Positions 28,075 to 39,045 of a stretch of DNA of 64,000 nucleotides are shown one piece after another (position 1 is the stretch's first letter; the number at the start of each line of letters is the position of its first letter). The notes beneath the pieces are model-generated. The model saw nothing but the letters and a program-made list of their open reading frames with translations, ran no database searches and had not been told where the DNA came from. Made by a program: the position numbers and the translations under genes. The stretch comes from Mobula birostris. Its lineage: Eukaryota. The stretch is taken from the NCBI RefSeq assembly GCF_030028105.1, contig NC_092373.1, forward strand, positions 147,041,556-147,105,555. Reading direction: 5' to 3'.

Positions 28075-28960
28075 GAACATAGAACATTAAAGCACAATAC
28101 GGCCATGACATTGTGCTGACCTTTTAACCTCATCTAAGATCAATCTAATCCTTCTCTTCTACATAACCTTCCATTTTTTTAATCATCTGTGTGCCCAAGA
28201 ATGTTTTAAAATGCCCCTAATACATCTGCCATTACCACCATACCTGGCAGGGCATTCCATGCATCCACCACTCTTGTGTAAAGAACTTATCTCTGACAAC
28301 CTCCTAGACTTTCCAGGTTGACTGAACACCAAAAGTGAGTAATTGAATGTAACTGAGTTTTATCCATTTAAGAATACAAAAGCATATGAAATAGAAATAT
28401 GCGTTAGTCACATTGTCCCTGGAGCACTTTTTTGGAAATCAGAATGATCATGGCTGATCCTGGGTTATATCTACTGTACTTTCCCGTCTCATGGCTCTTA
28501 GTGTCTGAGATACTATTAATCTCAGCCTTGAATGTACTCAATGACTAAGCATTCACAATCCTCTGAGCAAATTCTTCAAGATTGTTTACACCAAGGTCTA
28601 TAAAATCTCAGCAAAATTCCCTTGTTCCTGTACATCAATCCTCTGGTAAACCCACTATTGGTCTTAATTCTTGCCTCACTTGCATGTTTGTGACACATCA
28701 GAATATTGTCCCCTACAGTCCCTTTATAAACCACTATTCACCAGTTTTCAACAGTTAGAAAGTATTTTTCTTTCAATTTTTCCTATCGATCTGTAGAGAA
28801 CCATACTTTTCCCACATTATATTCCATTAACCCTCATTGTTTCACAGTTCAATTTGTTAATGTCCCTTTTCAGGTACATTTTTTCACCCAGCTCAGTGTC
28901 CTGTCCGGCTATTTATCATCATCAAACTTGGATACAATAATCTCTGGCTTATGAATCTTA
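28075..28960 (-). mobile_element. Two degenerate CR1 3' fragments
   Basis: gaacatagaacat tail and CR1 3'-type motifs; ttatcatcatcaaacttgg resembles KFADD. Confidence 0.6.
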
Positions 28961-29149
28961 GAAATTCATTTTGCACATTGCCAAAAATAATGAATGTAGG
29001 ACATTGGAAATTGTCATTAGCACATTGAGAAGAAGTTTGCATCAGAATCTAATATGATTCACCTATTTTTGGGTGACACTTTCTTTATTGTTAGCAGTGT
29101 TTTTCTAACATAATACTCATCGTATAGATGTCAGCGATCATTGCAAAGA

Positions 29150-29440
29150 TTGCTCTTTACAGCACGAGCGAGCGATCACAGATGTGGGTTGTTTCCTACT
29201 GCTGCCAGTAAGGAGTTTCTCTACTCCTCATGACCATGTGGCCTTCATCCCACATTGCAATGATATAAGGTTAGGTTTAGGGTTAGGAAGTTGTCAGCAA
29301 GCAATGTTGGTGCCAGAAGCATGATGAAATTTACAGATTGTCCCCAGCACAACCCTTGCTGATTTGATTTGATGCAAACGATGCATCTCACCATATGCTT
29401 TGACGTTTTGATGTAAATATGACAATTAATATTTTAACCT
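29150..29440 (+). mobile_element. Degenerate V-SINE-like element
   Basis: ctctttacagc..ctgccagtaaggagtt..catcccacatt resembles the SINEs at 45690 and 54071. Confidence 0.55.
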
Positions 29441-30569
29441 TTTATTTAAAGGGCTAATCACATCACACTTGCATCTGCACACTCACAGCTCACTATGTGT
29501 GCCGCACATACTGAAGGCTAACTCTTGCATCCTCAAACATGTTGAATGTTAAGTTGAAGATCTTCACTGAAAGACAAAATGGATGGGTTTTTTCAAGCCA
29601 TTTATTTGTATGGAATTGCTGCCTTAAAGATTATTTTGCTGAAAAAAATCCACTTTTATTGTGCTTTGAGAAATGCAGCTGTTCCTACCCTGTACTTTGT
29701 CATTCATTCTACGTAACTATTTGGAGATGGCAATGGAGAATTTAATGGAGTTGGATTGATTGTATATAAGCTATGCACAAACGTTATAGCATACTGGTCC
29801 AGGAACGTAAGCTTTAGGATTTAGATATGAACACTGTAATGACTTAATGCAAATGAAAGGAAATATTTGTGGAGAGGGTTTAATATTACATGGGATGGGG
29901 TGATAACTAGTTCACATGGATTGTAGAACACCACCTCATGTATATCTAAGAATTACAAACACTATTTTAGATCAGGCCCAGAGTGAAAACCATCCCCAGT
30001 TGAAATCTATATCTGCAATCAGAATGCTGTTCAAGTGAAGTTAAACCAGTATTTTTCTGTTTCTTTCTATTTTGTTGCCAATGCAGATTTCATATCTGCA
30101 AGGGATTTTTCAAGAAAATATATGAAAACATTTGACTATCAAAAGGAAGTTTTTTGCAAAATTAGAATTCGTCATGCACACGATCAACACAATGAATTAT
30201 TGAAATGAAGGCAATGTTGAACCCCATTACATTACAGCAGTAAATCGTGCAATTGGTTTGAATTAACAGCTCCCTGCTGCAATGGGTATAACCATTCTGA
30301 ATCACCATAAATATTCATAAATTTTTCCTCAATGTACTTTTGATTCACGTAGCACTCATATGTTTTGGAGTGATCAACACTAAAATAGTAATAACCCATG
30401 ATTAAACGCGTAATTTGTTCTTAAGTTTTTTACGCTCAAAGTAGTTCTTTAAAAATGACATGATTTGACTGACCTTTCCCCTTATCATTGCCAAAACTAT
30501 CCTAGGAAGATGGGAATTCCATCATGCATGTTTAAATGATCATACATTGTTTCTAGCACTGTTTGGTTG

Positions 30570-31600
30570 TAACATAGAACACAGACAATGAGCATATGTA
30601 GACATCGAACAGTAAAGCACAGTATCAGACCTTTCAGCCTATAATGTGCTGAACTAATTACAGTGGTGATTAAATGCATAAATATGCTAATCAGTTCTGC
30701 CATCAGAATGCTGATGTCCTTCCACTCTTTGCACATTCATTCACCAATTTAAGAGCATCTTAAAACACCTCTATCGTATCTGCCGCTCCTACTACTCCTA
30801 GCAGTGCATTCTGGGCACCCACCACTTCATGTAAAATAAATCTTACCCTACACATTCACCTTTGAATTTATGCCCTGTCACCTGAAATACAGGGGTGGGG
30901 GGGGGGGGGGGCGGAGATTGATAAGTTTATGGCCTAAAGTAGAAGGAGTCAATTTTAGAAAACCTAGCACATTTATTTTTTCTACATTTACACACTTAGT
31001 CCAGCAGTCGTGGAGCATACGGATCCCTTCTTTGTAGAAGTTGGCGTCTTGGACCTCCAGAAAGTGGTCCACGGCAGGGGTGATTAATAAGTCTATGGCC
31101 TAATGTAGAAGGAGATGAGGAGAAACTTCAAACTTTCTCACTCAAGAAGTTGAACTGCATGTGCATGTAACGAGAGTTGTATAACTCATCTCCTTCTACC
31201 TTAGGCCAGGAACTTATCAATCACCCCTGCTGTGGACCACTTGGAGGTCCAAGACGCTCTTGTTACATGCACGTGCAGTTCAACTCTTTGAGTGATAATG
31301 CAGAAAGTTTGAAGTTAATAACTCATCCCCTTCTACCTTAGGCGATGAACTTATCAATCACCCCTGCTGTGGACCACTTCTACAAAGAAGGGAACCGTAC
31401 GCTCCACGACCACTGGACTAAGTGTGTAAATGTAGGAGGGGACTATGTTGAAAAATAAATGTGCTAGGTTTTCTAAAATTGACTCCTTCTACCTTAGACC
31501 ACGAACTTATCAATCACCCCTCGTACATACCCTCTAGTATTAAACATTTTGATCATTGTAAAAAGAAACTGGTTGTCTACTCTATCTACACTTTGTATTA
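30570..31600 (-). mobile_element. CR1 3' fragment hosting the mariner MITE
   Basis: aacatagaac tail; cacctgaaa|ta|cataccctctagt joins cleanly once the MITE is removed. Confidence 0.7.
30890..31523. mobile_element. Fold-back non-autonomous mariner element
   Basis: TA at 30888-30889 and 31524-31525; long inverted arms carrying the transposase C-terminus (FYKEGIRMLHDCWTKCVNV, GDYVEK*); internal TIR copies. Confidence 0.9.
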
Positions 31601-32022
31601 ACTTATGTTAAAAACTCTACCTAAAATTCAATTTTATAAACTTATCCTGTTTACAGTGAACATAATATTTCTTCTTCTGCATCCCTCCCAGTTGCCTGAG
31701 CAATTTTCATACTGAAGCCTGATGTGCCCTTTGCATCCGTGACTTCAGCTCCCTGCACTGCACTGACCATTACCACATCCAACACCCTTGATGTCATTCC
31801 CAGTTCCTGAATCCCCAAGGCCAAAGATGTCAGTGGATCAGGACCATATTCAGACTGAAGCAACCAACATCAAAGCCCTGGGTTTGACATAAATTACAAA
31901 GTGAAACGAACTCCATTGGATTTTCCTTTCCTTCTCTGGAGAAACAGTTGGACTATCATTTGCATTCACAGCACAGATGTCTATATGTCCAGATATAGGA
32001 AATTAAACTGTAATCTAGCCAT

Positions 32023-33050
32023 TAGACCATAAGGGCATAAGACATAGGAGCAGAATTATGCCATTCAGCCCATCGAGTCTGCTTAGCCATTCCATCATGG
32101 CTAATGTATTAACCTTCTCAACTACCATTATCCTGTCTTCTCCCTGTAACATTTGATGTCCCGACTAATCAAGAACTTATTAGCCTCTACTTTAAATGCA
32201 CTCATGACTTGGCCCCCACAGCTGTCTGTGGCAATTAATTTCACAGATTCATTACCTTCTGGCTAAAGAAATTCTGCCTGATTTCTGATCTAAATGGACA
32301 TCCCTTTATTCTGAGGTGGTGCCCTCAGGTTCTAGACTCCACCGCTATAGGAAACATCCTCTGATTTTTTAATTTTCTCTATATTTAGAAAATTGTATAC
32401 ACTTTTATTCCTTCCCTACATTATGTACCATCTACCACTTTCCTGCCCATTCTCCCAATCTGTCTAAGTCTCTCTGCAGACTCCTTGTTTCTTCAACACA
32501 ACCCACCCTTCCACCTATCTTTGTATTGTCCACAAACTTGGCCATTAAACTATCAATTCTGTCATCCAAATCTTTGACATAAAATGTGAAAAGAAGCGGT
32601 CCCAACACTGGCTCCTGCCGAGCTTTACTAGTCATTGTCAGCTAACTAGGAAAGGCCCTCTTTGTTCCCAGTCTTTGCCTCTTGCCAGTCAGCTGATCTT
32701 CTGTTCATGCTAGTATCTTTCCTGTAATACCGTGGGCTCTTATCTTGTTAAGCAGCCTCATGTGTGGCACCTTGCCAAAGGCCTTCTGAAAATCCACGTA
32801 CACAATATCCATTAACTCTCCTTTGTTTATCCTGCTTGTTATTTCTTCACAAAATTCCAACTGATTTGTCAGGCAAGATTTCCTGTTGAGGAACCATGCT
32901 GACTTTTGTCTATTTTATCATGTGCCTCCAAGTACCCAATAACCTCATTCTTAATGGGCTCGAACATTTTCTGAACCTCTGAAGTCAGGCAAACTGGCCT
33001 ATAACTTCCTATTTTCTGTCTCTCTCCCTTCTTATAGAGTGGAGTGACAT
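32023..33050 (-). mobile_element. CR1 LINE 3' fragment with an internal deletion
   Basis: ORF 32432(-) VLGPLLF..AKFVDNTKIGG..LQRDLDRL; accataag tail. Confidence 0.85.
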
Positions 33051-33303
33051 AGCTTATGATGACATCATGATTATCAATACTGTGTTACATTTGAGTACTT
33101 GCTTAAAAATAATCTGGAACACAGTACTTTTGCGTATTGTAATTATTCTCAACCTGCTGATATCTTAGCACAAATATCCTTTTAAATGGAATTTGGAGCT
33201 GATTTATGTCCATTGGATTTGGAATATCATATTCCTGTTCATTAGCATTATATTTGCTTATTCATCTTGTGTCTTTCAGAATTAAATATACTTAAAAGCT
33301 TAG

Positions 33304-34113
33304 AAGGGATAATGGCGCCTAACAGCGACTCCTTTGCTTACATCTTCGGAAACAGCTCTATTTCCACCTTTAATATCTTTATTTTTCCCTTTCAGGATTC
33401 TTTTGAAGACCCTGGTCTGGAGTTACATGCAGGCTTCAGTTCTTTGTGGGAATGGGACCCATTCTCGGGGTTCTACAACTGGCTGTGATTTGACATGCCA
33501 AGGGTTTGACCTGAGAGTCTCGATCGCGTTCGGAAGCCCAAAATCTCGGGGCTCTGGAGATGGGCGGATTGAGGGTCGGTGTCACAGCAGGAGACTCATT
33601 GGGGAGGCCGGAAAATCTCTTGCTGTGGGCCCGATGACCCGAGGTCTTTGTGATCTTCGGACACAGAGCCCAAAAAAAAGAAACAAAATGGACTTTTAAG
33701 ATCGTAAGCCAGTAGGTTGTTGCTATGTCTCATGCTCACTGTGAAAATGGGGGGAAATCTCCCTCTCCCTTGCCAGGGAGAGAGAGAACCTGTGGTTTGT
33801 CAATTGTCAGATGAAATACGAAGCCTTTGGGGTAACTTTGGTCTGTGTCTTTGCTATTGTTTAGCAGACGCTTGGGCTCGGTGATGGTACCGATGCGCTT
33901 TTTCTTTGCTGGTGGGGGGAGAGGGAGATTGTTGCTTGCCACCGCTTACGCGTGGGAGGGGGGAACTGGGGAGTTCTATGGGGTTCTCATGTTTAACTGT
34001 CGTTCATTCTTTGGGGCACTTCTCTGTTATTGTGGATGTTTGCGAAGAAAAAGCATTTCAGAATGTATATTGCATACATTTCTTTGACATTAAATTCAAC
34101 CTTTGAACCTTTG
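33304..34113 (+). mobile_element. ~800-bp non-autonomous retroelement, most complete copy
   Basis: Starts gataatggcgcctaac, ends gacattaaattcaacctttgaacctttg; two more copies in the window; no recognisable ORF. Confidence 0.8.
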
Positions 34114-34561
34114 AGATTAACATTGAAGGTGGAAGCTGGGGAACTGAATAACTGGCTTTACAATTGTGGCAAGTGCAATTTAGGATTCTGCTTGTCCAAA
34201 CAACAATACTTTTCTTCATGCTGCAAAAAAAGCTGAAAAAGTAGAGGGTGTTAAAAGATGATCAATGGTGGTAATGTTAAATTGTTTTTGAAAGGTGTTA
34301 ACATTGCACAGAATTACTGTTCTTTTTCTGCCAGTATGGTGATACAGATATAACAAAAGAAGTAAATCAATTTCCAACTTTAACTAGCAGTTACAATGTC
34401 TAGAACGTACTGAACACTTTCCCCAACATTGAGATCATTTAAAACAGCACAGCTCTGAAAGTACAGAGTTATTTAAGTCTCAGTATTAGAGGTTGCTGCT
34501 GATCAGCCTGCTACTGTTTTCTGACCTTCCAGGCCATTCACATTCATTCATTGCTCCATCT

Positions 34562-34831
34562 GTCATAGAGTCATAGAGACATAGAACAGTATGACACTGA
34601 AGCAGACCCTTTGACCCATCTAGTCGTATAGACCTGCACCCGGACCACAGCCAGCCATACCCCTTCCTTCCATGCATTATACCTATCCAAATTTCTCTCA
34701 AATGTTGCAACCGCACCCACATCTACCACTTGCGCTGGCAGGTTGTTCCACACTCTCACCACCCTCTGAGTGAAGAATCCCCCCCCCCCCCGCCACCCAT
34801 GGTTCCCTTAAACATTTCACCTTTCACACTT
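34562..34831 (-). mobile_element. CR1 3' end (possibly the 3' end of the large fragmented CR1)
   Basis: (catagagt)n tail; ORF 34571(-) VRVWNNLPAQVV. Confidence 0.75.
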
Positions 34832-35845
34832 AGACCATAAGACCATAAGACATAGGAGTAGAATTAGTCCATCTGGTCCTTCAAGTCTGCTCCGCCATTC
34901 AATCATGGCCGATCCATTTTTTTTTATCTCCTCAACCCCAGTTCCTGGCCTTCTCCCTGTAACCTTTGATGCCATGTCCAATCAAGAACTTAACAATCTC
35001 TGCCCTAAATACACCCAGTGACCTGGCCTCCACAGTTGCATATGGTAACAGATTCCACAAATTCGTCACTCATTGGCTAAAGAAATTTCTCTGCATCTCT
35101 GTTTTGAAAGGGTGCCCCTCTATCCTGAGGCTGTGCCCTGTTGTCCTAGACTCTCCCACCATGGGAAATATCCTTTCCACATCTACTTTTTCTTGGCTTT
35201 TCAACATTTGAAAGATTTCAATGAAATCCCCCCTCATCCTTCTGAATTCCAGCGAGTACAGACCCAGAGCCATCAAATGTTCTTCGTATGATAACCTTTC
35301 AGTCCTGGAATCATCCTTGTGAACTTCCTTTGGACCCTCTCCAATGCCAGTACAGCCTTTCAAAGATGAGGGGCCCAAAACTGTTCACAATACTCAAGGT
35401 GAGACCTCACCAGTGCCTTATGAAGCTTCCGCATCACATCCCTGCTTTTGTATTCTAGACCTCTTGAAATGAATGCTAACATGGCATTTGCCTTCCTCAC
35501 CACTGACTCAACCTGCAAGTTAATCTTCAGGGTGCTCTGCACAAGGACTCCCAAGACCCTCTGAATCTCAGATTCCTGGATTTTCTCCCCGTTTAGAAAA
35601 CAGTCCACATATTTATTTCTATTACCAAAGTACATGACTATGCATTTTCCAACATTGTATTTCATTTGCCACTTTCTTGCTTATTCTCCTAATCTGTCTA
35701 AGTCCTTCTGCATTCTACCTGTTTCCTCAACATGACCTGCCCCTCCACCAATCTGTGCATCATCTGCAAACTTGGCAACAAAGCCATCTATTCCATCATC
35801 TAAATCATTGATACGGTATACAGCATAAAAAGAAGAGATCCCAAA
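34832..35845 (-). mobile_element. 5'-truncated CR1 LINE
   Basis: AKFADD, YNVGKC, LVRSHLEYC, LGLYSLEFRRMRGD; (accataag)n tail. Confidence 0.9.
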
Positions 35846-36051
35846 ACCGACTGCATGCCTTCTTTTAGCCTTCCTGATATCCTCCATAAGTGTTCTCTTG
35901 CATTTGTAATACTCCTCAAGCACCTCATTTGCTCCTTCTTGCTTAAGCCTGCCATGCACCTCCTTCTTCTTAACCAGAGTCTCAATATCTCTTGAAAACC
36001 AAGGTAAAACTAAACTTGTTACCGTTGCCTTTTAATCTGACATGAACCTAT

Positions 36052-36282
36052 TGTTGTGTATTTAATATATCAGTTATATTTCAGTAATATTGTAAATATA
36101 TTGTTTTATTAAACATTATTCATTGCTTAAATGATTAATTATGGCTAGGTGCATGAAGTATGTGAGTGGCACACATCATCATACCACTCTGACCTTGCTT
36201 AAAGTAAAAATGAAATTAGACTTGCATTCCCACTTGGTTTCCTTTCAATTAGTTTAATGTTTTGTTGTTACAAAACATAACA
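36052..36282 (+). repeat. 5' LTR
   Basis: tgttgtgtatttaatatatca..ttacaaaacataaca. Confidence 0.9.
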
Positions 36283-36494
36283 GCAGCGATGAGGAAAATT
36301 TAAATGAACCTGAGAAGACTACCTACCATTCAAGTAAAAAAAAGTAGCAAGAAACAATCGATTAAAAGAAACTGCACAACACATACTTCTTTGGGAAGGG
36401 ACAAAGACTTTCAAGTTAAAAGGCAGAAATGGAGAAATTCAGGGGTTTTTCAACAGTGGGTATGGGGTGATAATAATCATAAGAAAGAGCAGAA

Positions 36495-37725
36495 ATGGTT
36501 GGCTACATCGGAAAGATTGACACATTTGAATACACAACAGATAACAGGATATTGTATGTGGAATGGATTGGGCAGTATTTTAAAGCAAATGGAATGGCCA
36601 ATGAGTGCAAATTTTGGGTCAGTACATTTGATTTAGAGGCATATGGTTTACTTAGAAGTTTAACTGCTCTAACCAAACCAGCTGATATGAGCTTCGCTGA
36701 TATTGTGAAAATAATGCAGGAAGATTTAGAATTGAAGCCAATGTAGATTTCAGAAAGTTTAGGTTTCATAAGTGGACTCAAAAGAAGGGGAATCCACTTC
36801 AGCATATCTTGCTGAATTGAAGAGATTGTCTGAGCATTATCAGTTCAGTGATGGAATTAATGATGCACTGAGAGATCATTTAGTTTGTGGAACTTACAAG
36901 AAAGCATTCAAAAATGGCCACTAACTGAAGCACAACTTAAGTTTAAAAGAGCATTTGTGTATCAATAGAAACAGTAGACAGAGATGCAATTGAGTTACAG
37001 TCAGGAATGAAAGTGAGCGTGAACAGAATTGTAATGTATAAACAGACAATAACCTGGCCAGAAAAATCGTATTACCATTATGGCAGGTGCTTACATACAC
37101 CAGACCAATGAAAGTTTAAAGGTGAAACTTTTAGAAAATGGCAACAAATTAGGACATTTACAAAGATCATGTTAGGCAGGCAAAAATAAGTCAACTTCAC
37201 AGGGAAGAGAAAAAGATGAGTAGTTGAGTTGTAGTTTCAAAAAAGAGCACTAATCACAATGCTATTGATGAAAAATCTGATTATGATGAGAGTGACTCAG
37301 GTCTGAGTAGCTCTGAGATTTTACTGTGAAAACTAGCATTAGATAAGCAATCTGGCTTACTCCAGAACTGAACGGCAAATTAATTAAAAGACAATTGGAC
37401 ACTGGCTTGACTGTTTCAGTCATTCCACAAAGTGAGCTTGAATAGCATTTCAAAGATACTAACGTGAAGCCTGCCTGCAGATATCCAACCAAGAACTAAT
37501 ACTGAAGAAAAGGTAACTCCTGTGGGAATGACATCCATAACAGTGAAATACAACAAACAACAAGCCACATTGGGCGTGTATGTCCTAAAAACAGGAGGGC
37601 CAGCATTGTGGGGGGTCTGAGTAGCTGAGATAACTACAATTTGTTTGGAGATCCATTCACCTGTAACATCCCCTGTAACAAAGTCAGCTGAGAACGAATG
37701 ATGAAAGGATCTGAATGATGCCACA
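36495..37725 (+). pseudogene. Gypsy gag and protease remnant
   Basis: ORF 36495 gag N-terminus; LRDHLVCG-like text at ~36870; LDTG at ~37396; many stops. Confidence 0.85.
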
Positions 37726-37775
37726 TTGGTCTCTTCATTGTAACCATAGACTGTTGTCCAACAGAGGGCAAATGG

Positions 37776-38484
37776 GTGTTGGTGCCAACCTCCGTGCCTC
37801 TGGTTGGAAAACATATTGAACCAGGGAAGGACCATGCTGCTCAGAGGAATTGCAAAAGTGATTAAAGCAGTGGGTCATCTACACAGTTGTTGTAGGCAAC
37901 ATATCGGAAAAAGCTTCTCATATGCTAATCATGCAGTTCCTTGCAAAATGCGGCTTGGTTTTAAGCTGGAAGAGAGTTCAAAGAGCTTCAGAAAAGTTGC
38001 AGGCATTTGGCTTTTATGAGTTAGAAGAACCAGAATCTACTCTGCGTGCATTAAAGTTATTGCATGAACTTCAAGTAGGAGAGAAAAAGCTGCTTGTGAA
38101 AGTAGGTGCAAAGACCAAAGCCTGGCTGGATGAATAGAATACCAAAAAGAAAGGAGGCAAGTAAGAAACAAAAACAGAGGATTCATCAGATGATGTTATG
38201 AACGAGGAAACCAAGAGGAGAGATCAGATTGCAAAGGGAGCAATAGAAGGATTAATAAGAGAATACTTCAGGGAACTAGATGCACCTTCTCAAGATCAAG
38301 TTGCACATGCTAGAAAGAAGGAAAAGGAAAAGGAAGAGGAAAAGGAAGAGGAAGAGGAAGAGGAAGACATGGAAATGGAAGAGAATAAATGAGACCTCAT
38401 TTCTCGAGAAATTTGCATTCAGAGATACTCACAAGAAACTGGAATTAGAAAAAAGAAAAAGGAAGGAGACAAGAAGTTGAAAAG
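37776..38484 (+). pseudogene. RBM25: Processed fragment of RNA-binding motif protein 25 (RRM to start of the RE-rich region)
   Basis: VLVPTSVPLVGKH, VGNISEKAS, LAKCGLVLSWKRVQRASEKLQAFGF..EPESTLRALKLLHELQVGEKKLLVKV, EETKRRDQIAKGAIEGLIREY, DLISREI, RDTHKKLE are co-linear with vertebrate RBM25 as recalled; stops and frameshifts present. Confidence 0.93.
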
Positions 38485-38813
38485 ACGAAGGGTGTCCAGA
38501 GCTGTCATAACCAATTCCTGCAGCCTCAGTGTCAACTCTTATGACCACCATGGAGGAGGCCCCAGAACCTGAGATTGTTCTCACAACTACAAATCTTACC
38601 TGCCAAGCAGAGTGACCTACCTCTTCAGGAAATATGTTATCTCACAAAAGTTAGAAATCTTCCACAGCAATTAAATCTTTATGCCTGAATGGGATAATTT
38701 AAAATTTACAATGATGTGGATGGCTTTATAGTAGTTGTATTATATAGCATACTGTGTATATAGTTGAGATGCATTTTATATTAAGTTGGAGTTTACAGCT
38801 AAGTAGGGAGAAG

Positions 38814-39045
38814 TGTTGTGCATTTAATATATCAATAATATTGTGAGTATATCGTTTAATTCAGCATTCTTTGTTTTGGTTCATTATGGTTATGTGTAGG
38901 AATTACATGAATGACATACATCATCACGCTACCACTTCATACGTGCGCGCTTTGCTTAAAGTAAAGACCAAATTAGACTTGTATTCCTGCCTCCCTTGTT
39001 TTCCTTTCAATTAGTTTTTACGCTTTGGAGTTACAAAACATAATA
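38814..39045 (+). repeat. 3' LTR
   Basis: tgttgtgcatttaatatatca..ttacaaaacataata after the PPT. Confidence 0.9.

Larger units (their letters stand above)
36052..39045 (+). mobile_element. Non-autonomous Gypsy LTR element carrying a captured RBM25 cDNA fragment
   Basis: LTRs 36052-36282 and 38814-39045; decayed gag (MVGYIGKIDTF..) and protease (ttggacactggc, LDTG); pol tail from ~38487; PPT aagtagggagaag. Confidence 0.92.

Noticed and set aside
31075-31520. Recurring ~40-bp repeats resembling a CRISPR array
   Set aside because: Mixed orientation, non-unique spacers and eukaryotic context; they are mariner TIR copies
35681-35959. Apparently novel fusion ORF
   Set aside because: Chance read-through across the junction of two CR1 fragments
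37776-38484. A functional RBM25 gene or exon
   Set aside because: Intronless, has stops (e.g. 38135-38137, 38390-38392) and frameshifts, and sits between Gypsy sequences
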